The position numbers and the translations under genes are program-made. 64,000 nucleotides of DNA from Eledone cirrhosa (Eukaryota). Below the pieces are notes generated by a model that saw nothing but the letters and a program-made list of their open reading frames with translations, had not been told where the DNA came from and made no database searches. Positions 16,076-27,372 of the stretch are shown in pieces. The stretch covers positions 34,162,001-34,226,000 of the forward strand of contig OZ024741.1 in assembly GCA_964016885.1 (NCBI GenBank), read 5' to 3'. Every line of letters begins with the position of its first letter. The first letter of the stretch is position 1.

Positions 16076-16495
16076 AACTATACCATCGCACTAACAACAA
16101 CATTACAGTAACACACACACACACACCACTTAAGTACTAACACCACAACAACAGCTACAGCACTACAACAAACTGAAGCTGTGGGGGGGGGGGGGGGGGG
16201 GCAATTGTGGCGATGGGGGAATGTCCCCTCCTCCTCACCTACCCACCTCTTCTGCGACTGCTGCAGCAGCAGCATCAGTAGAATTCCTGTGGCTGATTCT
16301 TCAGTTGAAATCTTAACCAACTCTCTCCCAGGGCAGCAGGAGTGGAGAGGAAATTCCTGCTAAGTTATCCTGGTTTCTGCTAGGACCTACTTTACCATTC
16401 TTAAAACTCTGCTGACACAGAGAGGTGGGGGAGGAGGAGGAAGAGATGTTGTGGTGGAAGAAAGGGAGGAAGGCATTGTCACCATCACCATTATT

Positions 16496-16677
16496 GTGAA
16501 TTGGCAGTATCGGTAGAGGGTTGGATGCCATGTTTTCTAGCATAGTTATGTCCCTTTACAGTCTGAGTTCAAATCCCGCCGAGGTTAACTTTGCCTTTCA
16601 TCCTTACGGGGTCGATAAGATAAAGTACCAGTAATGTACTGGGTAATTGCTGGCCTTGTGCCTAAAGTAGAAACAAT
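16496..16677 (+). mobile_element. tRNA-derived SINE, family 1
   Basis: A-box-like TGGCAGTATCGG, B-box GAGTTCAAATCC, core GCCTTTCATCCTTACGGGGTCGATAA, end GGCCTTGTGCC..AGTAGAAAC. Many copies in the window. Confidence 0.85.
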
Positions 16678-16679
16678 TA

Positions 16680-16915
16680 TTGTCACCACCACTTCCATCA
16701 CCGTCACTGCTGCCACTGTCACCACCACCATTACTGTCACCACTGTCACCACTGTCACCACCACCATTACTGCCACTGTCACCACCACCATCACTGTCAC
16801 CACTGTCACCACCACCATTACTGTCACCACTGTCACCACCACCATTACTGCCATTGTCACCACCACCATCACTGTCATCAACACCACAACCATCACCACC
16901 ACCACCACCACCACT
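16680..16915. repeat. Low-complexity CACCAC/TGTCAC repeat
   Basis: Read directly. Confidence 0.9.
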
Positions 16916-17905
16916 TTTGTACCCTCAACACAACCTGGTACCTCCAACATACTCTGGTACCCCAGTATACCTCAGTACTCTAACATCCCCTGCTGTACTA
17001 AGATACTGTCTTATCATGTCTAACACCCTGCTGTTCTAAATTACTCTAAATTCATCATAAGTTTTGGATTCTTTTACTGATTTCAGCCATGGACTGTGGC
17101 CGTGGTAGGGCACTACCTTCAAGGATTTTAGCAAATACTTAAATATACACATACATACATATGCACACAGACACACACACACACATAGTTTGGGAGGGTA
17201 ATGCTGCCAATAAATCACATGCACCTGTTGGTTTTCATTTCAATTTATTATAAATTAAAAACTTGGTAAAATGTTTATCCAGGGACCGAGGACACAGGAT
17301 GTCTTGATGGCAACCAGCATGGAAAGAAGCCCTTGGTTAAAGCTTATTTATTATTTGCTTATCTTCAGTTCTTCTGGCCATGTTTCTGGCTGGGACACCC
17401 CTCTCTGTGTGTATTTGTGTGTTTCATACACATTTAACTATCAGTATATACGTACATCTTTAATTGTTTACTTGTATTTCACACTTTACTGCATCCTTGG
17501 TTCAAATTCCACTAGATTTCATTTTGCCTTTCATCCCCCTTTCTAGAATCATTAAAATAAGTTCTACTTGAAATCTCAACCCATCATATTTACATTACTC
17601 TGTATTTACTATTGTATTAGGCTTTACCTCACATAATATCAAATCTACGAGATTTTGATATTATTTATTTTGAGAACGATACCATAATGGTGGTATGAGT
17701 GGCCAGTTACGGCCAGTTACGGCCAGTTTGGACAGGAAGAGGTGAGAGAATTCTTGCCAGATAAAGCTGGTTTAAATGCAAAAGGTTAAAATCATTCAAA
17801 CCCCCTCCCCCACTATAAAGAAGATAGTTTCAGTGGGTGTAGTGTAGGGGGGGGGGACACAAAGCAGTCAATCATGGTGTAGGGAGGTATGCTACTTCTA
17901 CTAAT

Positions 17906-18093
17906 AATTGTTTCTACTTTTGGCACAAGGCCAGCAATTATCCTAGTGCATTACTGGTACTTTATTTTATCGACCCCGTAAGGATGAAAGGCAAAGTTAA
18001 CCTCGGCAGGATTTGAACTCAGACCATAAAGGGCCGTAACTCTTTGCTGCAAAGCATGGCGTCAGACCCTCTACCGATACTGCCAATCCACCT
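17906..18093 (-). mobile_element. SINE family 1
   Basis: Reverse complement of 16496-16677. Confidence 0.85.
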
Positions 18094-18304
18094 TCCACTA
18101 ATAACAGTAATGGCTTCTAAATTAGGCACAAGGCCAGCAATTAATTTTATCAACCCTCAGTATTTGAATGGCACTGTATTTTATATTTTATTGACCCTGG
18201 AGGTATGAAAGTCAAAGCAGGATTTGAACTCAGAATCTCTCATGGTGAAAACACATCCTTAACATAGCTCAAACCAGATCCCTCTCTCTAATCCTTTTCT
18301 TTAG

Positions 18305-18356
18305 GTCCAGAAAATACTTCAACCACTAACAATTAATGCCCTTCTACAAAGCTCAG
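18305..18356 (+). CDS. Candidate internal exon of an unidentified host gene (VQKILQPLTINALLQSS)
   Basis: CTAAT branch-like site, pyrimidine tract and TTAG acceptor; CAG/GTATAT donor. Unique sequence with only one stop-free frame. Confidence 0.45.
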
Positions 18357-18541
18357 GTATATATATATATATAGTTACAACAGTGACATATACAGGTACT
18401 TAAGTTTCATTGGGTTCTGCGTCTTAACTCATTTAGCCTGTTATAAAAAAAATAATAAAGATGGCTTCTGGTTGTTGAATTTGGTTTCTTTTCTGAAGAT
18501 TATTCAGATGGATTAAGTTAGAAACTGGTTAGACACACATG

Positions 18542-18629
<88 letters not shown>

Positions 18630-18974
18630 GTTCAAAAGGACAAACAAGCAAACGCAGGAGTCAATAGTACATAGTGTTATTAGCTTCATGCTTGATGAGA
18701 GTGGGGGAGGTTTCAACGTTTTGGACATAAGCCCTTCTTCAGGAAAGTAGAGAGGAACTCCGAAAGGGTAGTAAGGAGGGAAGTTAACAGGAAGAACACA
18801 AAAAGGGAAAAATAAAAATAAATAAAAGCAGAATTTAAAAAAAGGGAAAATGAAGGCGTTGGGAGGGGTGTACAGGTGCGGGATGGCAAGGGTGTGGTAG
18901 TGTGTATAGGGGTGGTAGTGTGTATAGGGGTGGGTGGAGAGAAAGAGGGTGGGGGGGAAGCAAGAAAATCAGAG

Positions 18975-19560
18975 TCCGAGCGTGGATGGCGGGTCTCCTT
19001 GCTGGTTGGTTTTGCCCATAAAATCTGTCCAGCAATTCTTTCCTGAGATTCTAACCACATGCCCATAGTATTGGAGCTGTGATCTCTCAATTCAAAGAAG
19101 TAGCGGCTCTAACTAAAATGCCTCTCTGATCTCCAAGCTGCACACTTAATCAAGTAACGTTACTCCAAAGACCCTTTGGAGGAATCTCATTTCGGCTGCT
19201 TGTATTCGCGATCATATTTTGTTGGTCATTACTCAAGATTCGTGAAGATAGGTTTGGGTTGGCACGAAAACCAAATTGAAGATAGCGAATATGTCTTTTA
19301 CGTCTACCTCCCTTCTGATTACTGAATGCTGAAAGTGGCACATTACTGCACCAGTTCCAGCAATTCTTGCACTTAATTCAACCTCTTGTCTTCCATCACG
19401 TGTGAACATGGCCCCAAGATACTTGAACTTCTCTACCTGCTTCAGTGGAACTCCATTCACATGTAACGTGCTCTCTGTAGGCTTCCTTGAGAGGACGAGT
19501 GTCTCAGTTTTTGTAGCACTGATTTTCATTCCAGCCATGCAGCACTCTGCATCAAAACTA
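18975..19560 (-). pseudogene. Degraded RTE-clade RT fragment (second RTE family)
   Basis: GMKISATKTETLVL..LKQVEKFKYLG..DGRQEVEL and SQERIAGQILWAKPT; frameshifted. Same family as 39797-40200. Confidence 0.85.
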
Positions 19561-20327
19561 ACAAGTGCATTTACCCTGCTTCCATAATATCTACATCTTC
19601 CACCCTGACATCACTATGAACTGATGATGATGATGATAACGATGGCTGTGGTCATGATATCATTACTACCTTCAACAGCAGTTGACCTATGTACTCCCAC
19701 CACTACCCATCAAAACACACTATACTCTCTTTATTTATAATTATACTCTTTGCTGTACATTTAACTTGTGTTTGTGTATATATGAATGTGTGTGTGTGTG
19801 TGCATGCATGTATGTGTATATGTATGTCTGTGTATATGTATGTGTATGTCACTCTTACACTATGTATGTGTATGTATGTGTGTATATGTATGTGTGTGTT
19901 TGTGAGCACTGTATGTATGTGTGTGTGTTTATGTGTATGTGTGTTTGCGACACCTACCCTGTATGTATGCATGTGTGTCAGTGTGTGTTTGTCACTCCTA
20001 CCTTCCCCCTCATAGATTGACTTACATCTGTCTATACCAGACATGCTGCTGCTGTTATCCCCCCGTCCCCCTACTCTATCCTCACTAATTCAGTCAGTCA
20101 GTCTTTGGCTGAGCTACCTCACAACTGATGTTGTTTGGTTGTTGTTGTTGTTGTTGTAAACTTAGTCAAACCTCCTCAAATAGAGATTTTTTTATCAGTT
20201 TCCTCTTGTTCACACACACACGTATATACTGTGTAGTAGCATCTTTTTAAAAAGCTTCCTTTTACACACACACTCACACATATATACATATTATAATCCA
20301 TGCAAGCATGGAAAATTGATATAAAAT

Positions 20328-20491
20328 AATTGTTTCTACTTTTGGCACAAGGCCAGCAATTACCCAGTACATTACTGGTACTTTATTTTATCGACCCCGT
20401 AAGGATGAAAGGCAAAGTTAACCTCGGCGAGATTTGAACTCAGAATGGCAAGGGCCGTAGCTCTACGCGCTCGACCCTCTACTGATACTGC
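20328..20491 (-). mobile_element. SINE family 1
   Basis: Core and B-box in reverse complement. Confidence 0.8.
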
Positions 20492-20654
20492 ACATATTGT
20501 AGCATATACTTTTTAAATCTTGTTCTAACATAATCACACACCTATGTAAATACACAATATACACACATGCATATGTATATATGTATGTGTGTTTTTACAG
20601 AAAAGAGAGAACTCAATATGTAAAGTAATTGCGGAGTATATGAGTATATATCTT

Positions 20655-20839
20655 TTGTTGTCATGATAAAAAGTACCCAGTACACATTGTAAATGTGGCT
20701 GGCATTAGGAAGAACATCCAGCCAGAATCAGTTCTGTATGAGCAAGACACAGTCATCTAATCTGGCTTGTCTCAACTGGGACAACTCGTCTAACCCATGC
20801 TAGTGTGGAAAATGGATATTAAACAGTGGTGATGATGAT
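20655..20839 (+). mobile_element. RTE 3' UTR-type retroposon (tail repeated at 21060-21149)
   Basis: GTAAATGTGGCTGGCATTAGGAAG..TAACCCATGCTAGTGTGGAAAATGGATATTAAAC followed by (GAT)n. Confidence 0.75.
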
Positions 20840-20940
20840 ATGTTCACTTCCAAGTTGTGTCGAGGGTGAGGAGTAACTACAGTTAAAAAAGGTACTCAGT
20901 ACATTGGTAGAGTATAGGTATCTTTATTATATATATAGAA

Positions 20941-21039
20941 ATGACTTCGAACTGTTTCATTTGTATGAAATCATCAGGAATGTCAGATAAAGTTGGTTAG
21001 TTCCTGATGAATTCATACGATTGAAACAGTTCCAATCAT
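20941..21039. repeat. Short inverted repeat whose arms resemble a minimal hammerhead
   Basis: TTCCTGATGA..TTCATAC..TGAAACAGTTC occurs on both strands, with a 20-nt spacer. Confidence 0.6.
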
Positions 21040-21657
21040 GTAAGAGTTCCAATCATGTAAGAGTAAGACGCAATCTGGCTTGTATCAACTGGGACAACTC
21101 ATCTAACCCATGCTGGCATGGAAAATGGACGTTAAATGGTGATGATGATGTTTGCTGAGATTGTTTCTAGTGTGATTCAAGAGCCTAGCACCAACTCCAG
21201 TCTGTTGAATCATTCTTTTCACTATCTTAGCTAATCATATATATATATATATAAAGAGATATTTATTAAATAATGTCTCATATAAAATAATACAACCAGC
21301 TATCCACGAAATACTGATTAGTTAGCACCCCAAACACTAAATTGGGAAAATACTTAGGTATATCCTAATGTTTGTTGAGTGAGATGGAGTTGGTCAGAGT
21401 ATTGCTTAAGGCTTTCTCTGTTTATGTATTGTATATATATATATATATGTTGCTATCCTTCTATGTTTGTTTACTTGTCTCGCTCGCTTTACGCGATTTA
21501 CTTGTCCCAATAGCTTTATTTAGCTATTGCTCGCACCAACTGGAGGTATATGGTTTTTAAAGCGATGAAATACCAATGAAGGTTGGAAAATCACTGATGA
21601 AGGACTATTTTTATCATATGTAACCCATGTGCAACCACGCAGTATTCAATTCTTCTC

Positions 21658-21713
<56 letters not shown>

Positions 21714-21716
<3 letters not shown>

Positions 21717-22623
21717 CGTTTCTGAATTTGTTAAGCAAGATTCTTTATCTGAAAACGTGTGTTGAAACCGATATTGTTATACTTTGGGAGGGTCATGTTG
21801 CCAATAAGAAACACACGCACCAGTTGCTTTCACTTCAATTTATTATAATAAATTTAGGAATTTATAAATTTCCGGTTGGTTGGTTGGTTCCACAACCAGA
21901 TGGTTGTTTATATATTGTCAGAGTTCTTTCGTCACACATTCTGTGACCTCTTCAGTGATGGGGATTCTTTTCTTTGTTTTTGTGCCTCTCCTTTGTTCTG
22001 TCCTACGCCATCTTTTAAATGAACACTGGCGAGACCTTCAAGATAGTAAAGAATCATCTGTACTCTACCAACATGCTAAAATAGAACATAAGGGTAAATT
22101 AGAGAACATAGAAATAAAAATAGAATCTACACACAGAAAAGACGCAATGTTTAGACAAATCACAGAGGCAATAAACATAAATGAACTCCAACCAAAATTA
22201 AATAGAAAACATGAATGGAACAGCAACATCACAACTTACAATTAAGGACAAAATGAAAACACACACGCACGTAGAACAAACAACCAACCAGTAACATGTA
22301 AATAAACAAATAAATAAACGAATATAAACACACACAGACACCCGGATGTAACACATGCTCAAACTAAGCACACAACACACACACAAAAACAAGATGGCGT
22401 AGGACAGATCAAAAGAGAGGCACAAAAACAAAGAAAAGAATCCCCAGTCACTGAAGAGGTCACAGAATGTGTGACGAAAGAACTTTGATGATATATAAAC
22501 AATCATCTGGTTGTGGAACCAACCAACCAACCAGAAATTTATAAATTTATTATAATAAATTGAAGTGAAAGCAACTGATGCGTGTGTTTCTTATTGGCAA
22601 CATGACCTTCCCAAAGTATAACA

Positions 22624-22626
<3 letters not shown>
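21714..22626 (+). mobile_element. Penelope-like element remnant: inverted pLTR + GIY-YIG C-terminus + pLTR (family A)
   Basis: 22015-22245 encodes NEHWRDLQDSKESSVLYQHAKIEH..FRQITEAININELQPKLNRKHEW, a GIY-YIG endonuclease C-terminal pattern. 21772-22014 and 22391-22626 are inverted copies of each other. Confidence 0.85.
21917..21959 (-). ncRNA. Minimal type-I hammerhead ribozyme motif (family A; also 22447-22489 +, 50191-50233 +, degenerate ~28721-28763 -)
   Basis: (A/G)TCA-CTGAAGA-G-GTCAC..GTGAC-GAAA-GAAC-TC-TGAC: core motifs, stem II, short stem III and stem I GTCA/TGAC. Confidence 0.7.
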
Positions 22627-22657
<31 letters not shown>

Positions 22658-22702
22658 ACACAGTGAATTTCTTTCAACTCAATCTCCCAGATGCAAACAT
22701 CA

Positions 22703-22944
22703 TTTAACCGTTTTAATATCAGCCTGGCCAAAATTGGCTCTGGTTCAATTAAACAAGACCATCCCCCTTTAAAGAGCTCCTATTTAAATCAAAGTCTTTT
22801 TCCAACACAATTTTATATAAAAACCATGTGTTAAGAAAATAACTTTGTAATGAAATAATTGGTAATTTTAGTAAATCACCTGAACATCATTAATGTATTG
22901 ATGTACAGTGTATGTCATCAGAAATATTGTAATGGAAGGGTTAA
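22703..22944. mobile_element. TTAA-flanked MITE, uninterrupted diverged copy
   Basis: TTAACCGTTT...GAAGGGTTAA; collinear with the outer element at 38480-39232. Confidence 0.65.
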
Positions 22945-23418
22945 ACAGTAGACACAGCTATATAGGTTACCAAAGAATCACATCTGCTCCCATCCTATAC
23001 TATACAATATAATATATATACTATACTATATATATAAATATATATATATATATTTAGTTCCACAGTAATTAACAAACCATACTAACTCTATACTGAACTC
23101 GTCCCTTGGACTGTGTGCTCTACCAACTTTGGATATATTATATATATATATATAATGCACCAGTACACTCTGTTGACTGGTTATGGTAGGAAGGGCATCC
23201 TTCCATAGAAACCTTGCCAAACAAAGAATGAAGAGGTCTCTTCAATTGCATCAAAAGCGTGGCAACCTCCCTAGTGTCAGTGCCACAATAGAATACATGT
23301 GAGAATATATGTAAGTAAGATGCAGCCTTCAGCATATCTAGGAGGTCAGTAACTATACTGGTTTGCAACGACCTGTCCTACCCATAGCAGGCAAAATGGA
23401 CATTAAAAAATATATACA

Positions 23419-23518
23419 CAGGGTGTCCCCCAAAAATGTATACACACTTCAACATCTTTTTAATAAATATTGCCTGTACAGGTAATCAAAGTGTATATAC
23501 ATTTTTGGGGACACTTTG
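23419..23518. mobile_element. ~100-bp Tc1/mariner-type MITE
   Basis: ~30-bp TIRs CAGGGTGTCCCCCAAAAATGTATACACACTT / AAGTGTATATACATTTTTGGGGACACTTTG, followed by TA. Confidence 0.8.
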
Positions 23519-23525
23519 TATATGC

Positions 23526-23556
<31 letters not shown>

Positions 23557-24564
23557 CATCTTATTTTCCTCGGTTGTTAAATATATACACATACTTCCAG
23601 TGTGTCTGTGTGTGTATGAATGCATATATGTGTGTGTATGTGTATTTATATATATATATACACACACATATATATACGCACGCATGCAAATATATATACA
23701 TAGAAGCACACATACATGTGTTTGAGACTGTCAATCTGTATGAGTAGTTCTTAACTTTAGATTATAGGAAAAAAAATGTTTCATCAGTCTAATATTACAG
23801 CTTTTAATGCAATATCAAGTCTCTCGAGACACACACACTCACACCAACATACACACACACACTCTCATACACATTCACACATACACACACACACACTCAA
23901 ACATACTCACACCAACTTACACACATACTCTCATACACATTCACACACACACACTCACACGAACTTACAGACTCTCATACACACAAACACACTCACATAA
24001 ACACACACACACACACACTCATACACATTCACACACACACACTCTCATACACATTCACACTCTAATGCACACACACACACACACACTCACTCCCTCATAC
24101 ACACTCACTCTCTTACATGCACACATACTCATTCACCTATTACACAAACAGGAATATAGATGCAGGTGTGTGTATATATGTGTGTCAGCCAAATATTGAT
24201 ATGTCCATATGTGTGTGTGTGTGAGCAAATATGTATGTGTATAAATAGATAGGGAAAACTAGATAAGTCTTGTTCGTCTGGACAAGGATATTCTAAATAA
24301 AAGTACTGAATGCTTCTAGGAATCAAGATAAGTATATTTATTTATTAATGCTTTAGTTGACAAGTTTATAAATTGGTTTCAATCATTTTGATCTCTGAGG
24401 AATTAATGAAATTGACCCCAGTGGGGTTTGAACTTCACTGTTGAAAGGTTCAGTACTCTAATGATACTGCTGTCGTCTGTCCTTAATAGTTAGAAGTTGA
24501 GATTTTACATTTGAAGGGTCCAGAACTAAATAAACTATTGATTCTGCTGTCACGTGCCTTTATT

Positions 24565-25783
24565 AGAGCTTTCAATTCTGTGCCACACAAAAGACTTATG
24601 GCAAAACTCTCTGCAATGGATGTGAAGGATGATCTTTTAAACTGGTTGAAGTCCTTCATTCTCAGTCGAAGAGAGGTAGTCACGGTTCTAGGACAGCATT
24701 CCTCACCATATGAGATGTCATCTGGTGTACCACAGGGATCTGTTCTTGGCCCCCTTTTCTTTGTGGCATATATTAATGACATAGATGCCAACTTAAAGAA
24801 TGCCACAGTACTGAAATATGCAGATGACATCAAGCTGTACCTTGAGATAAAAAGGACAGATCCTGAACACTATAGATCTTGCCTGCAATCTGACCTGGAC
24901 ACAATGCAACAATGGATCACAGACTGGCAACTCAGGCTAGCTGTGGACAAGTGCACCACCATGCATTTTGGGAGTAAAAACCCAGCATCCACATACTCCC
25001 TCCACAGCACTAATATCAAGAAGTCTTCTTGTGGACGTGACCTGGGCATTACGGTCAGCAGCGATTTGTGTTGGACGAAGCACGTCTCTAAAATTGTCAA
25101 GACGGTCGAGGGTGTCTTAGCATTACTCAGCAAGACCTTTGTCAGCCGCTCTCCAGCTATCTATTTAAAGCTGTGCATGGCTATGGTGTGGGCACACTTA
25201 GAATTTGCATCACCAGTCTGGAACCCCTATCTTACTCAGAACATTGACCACCTGGAAACTGTTCAGAGACGTGCAACCAAGCGAATACCCTCCATCAGGC
25301 ATCTATCATACTCTGAACGCCTTCCTTCCCTGGGCATGGATACATTTCAGCTCCGATGTCTGGCAACTGACTTGGTAAACACCCACAAAATTGTTAACCA
25401 TCTTGCCAACAACAACCCTGAGTACCTTTTTGATTTCCATGTGTCTAACACACGTGGGCATGCACACAAAGTCAGAAAACAGCACAGCTCCCATGACTTT
25501 CGGAAACATTTTTCACGCTCAGAGTTACTGAAGCATGGAATAAACTCCCTGCATCAGTTATTAGCTGTCGAGACGCTGCATCCTTTAAAACCTCCATGCT
25601 TCCTGAGATTCGCCCACACTACACCTAATATTCCCCCTCCATACACATGCACACATGTATATCATGACTCATACACTATTCACTTCCCCGACATTTGTAT
25701 ATTATTCTATGTACTATACATGCACCTTTGATGAGTTGTAGTGCACCTTAACACTACTGTACACAATAATTTCATTATTATTA
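24565..25783 (+). mobile_element. 5'-truncated CR1-clade LINE (RT domain to 3' end)
   Basis: AFNSVPH, SGVPQGSVLGPLFF, YINDI, YADDIK, RDLGI, WNPY, LETVQRRATK, NTRGH. A 1-nt deletion near 25510 shifts FTLRVTEAWNKLP out of frame; (ATT)n tail. Confidence 0.93.
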
Positions 25784-25979
25784 TAATAGTTCATCGTCAT
25801 CATAGTTTAATGTCCATTTTCCACATTAGCATAGGTAGGACAGGCTGTCTCTTTGTGAGAGATCAGGTTGGAAGACCGTGTTTTGCTCACACAGAACTGA
25901 TTTGGGATTGGTTTCTACAGCTGGATGCCCTTCTTAACACAACCCAAGAAGTTGAAATTTTAATCTTTAGTTCAAATCT

Positions 25980-26095
25980 GTGAAGGCACATGGCTTAGTG
26001 GTTAGAGTGTTCAACTTATAATTATAAAGCTGTGGTTTCAATACCTGGACGTGGTGGCATGTTGTGTTCTTGAGTAAAATACTTTATTTCACATC
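25980..26095 (+). mobile_element. tRNA-derived SINE, family 2 (also 29035-29150 +, 26530-26665 -, 27770-27982 -)
   Basis: GGCACATGGCTTAGTGGTTAG A-box, GGTTTCAATACC B-box-like, GTGTTCTTGAGTAAAATACTTTATTTCAC core. Confidence 0.7.
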
Positions 26096-27054
26096 TGCCA
26101 GGGGTTGCAACTGGCAGATGATAGCAACAATGAGGGGAAAAATCCCCAATAGAAACATTGTTTTCTTGGTCTAATCTGACAATCTGTCCCCCCTCCCTTT
26201 AATACAAGCTACAAGAGACTGGTGACCTACAAGTGTGTGAGGTGGGAAGGTTATAGTAAACCAATTCTATAATGAAATGCAAAATTCAAACAGATTCTGA
26301 CATAAAACACCATCTAAAACCATCAAATGCTCAATGGCCCACAAATATATTCTTCTTAGTTATATTACTAAATCCCTCCAAATTCTTGATTATTTTCAAA
26401 ATTATTTAAAAGTAATAGTTTGTAGCTTTCATTAGAAATATAGAGATGATGGGGTTAAAGTGTATCACAAGCTTGGAGGATCATCAGGCCAGAATTTATT
26501 CCACTTGTATTGCTGCTAATACTCATTTTCTGCTTACTTGAATGGAGGAATGTGAAGTGAAGTGTTTTGCTCAAGAACACAATGCACCATTCTGTCCAAT
26601 AATCGAACACATGACATTGTGGTCATAAGCCCAATACCCTAACCACAAGTTCATACCCCTTCACGTCAATCAAGTACTAGGGGTTAGTATAATTGACTAA
26701 CACCTCTCCCCTAATGTCTGGCCTTGTACCTTTGTGAGAAACAATTTATTAATAAGGTGGATGACAGCAGAAATATTGATGAGGTTGTGACTGTGTTTTT
26801 CTAAACAGGAGGAAGAAAAAAAAGGGGCAGAGGCTTCAAATGCCTTTGATACATCAGAGTAATCCAGGATTTTCTATATCATTGATCCCTTTCTAAATTA
26901 CTCTAGGTAGCCTTCTCAAACATTTTGTTATTTTTATTGTTTTTGTTGATTTCAACTTCTTTTTATCCAATATAACCCCCCCTTCCCTCCAACACTTTAT
27001 ATAGTATTGTCTCCAATACTTTCTGCCCTTGTGGCTTTAGAAAAAAAATATTAC

Positions 27055-27372
27055 ATTAGTAATAAAATAAACGAGGGTCAGATACCATGCTTTGCAGCAT
27101 AGAGTTACGGCCCTTCACGGTCTGAGGTCAAATCCCGCCAAGGTTAACTTTGCCCTTTTATCCTTACGGGGTCAATAAAATAAAGCACCAGTAGCGTACT
27201 GGAGTCGATTTAATCGATTTTCCCCTCCCCTCAAATACTGGCCTTGTGCCTATACTAGAAACCATTACCCGCCGAGGTTGACTTTGCCTTTCATTCTTAC
27301 GGGGTCGATAAAATAAAGTACCAGTAATGCACTGGGTAATTGCTGGCCTTGTGCCAAAAGTAGAAACAATTA
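27055..27372 (+). mobile_element. Two head-to-tail SINE family 1 copies
   Basis: The core CTTACGGGGTC(A/G)ATAAAATAAAG occurs twice. Confidence 0.8.

Noticed and set aside
11996-16140. His/Thr/Pro-rich ORFs of up to 1371 aa (mucin-like)
   Set aside because: All three frames are open and cycle through the same peptides because the unit is 46 bp, not a multiple of 3; this is a satellite artefact.
16496-16580. tRNA gene
   Set aside because: A and B boxes are present but no cloverleaf, and the sequence continues into a multi-copy SINE body.
26809-26862. Possible exon EEEKKGAEASNAFDTS
   Set aside because: The acceptor is plausible but the donor is weak and a stop follows immediately; insufficient support.
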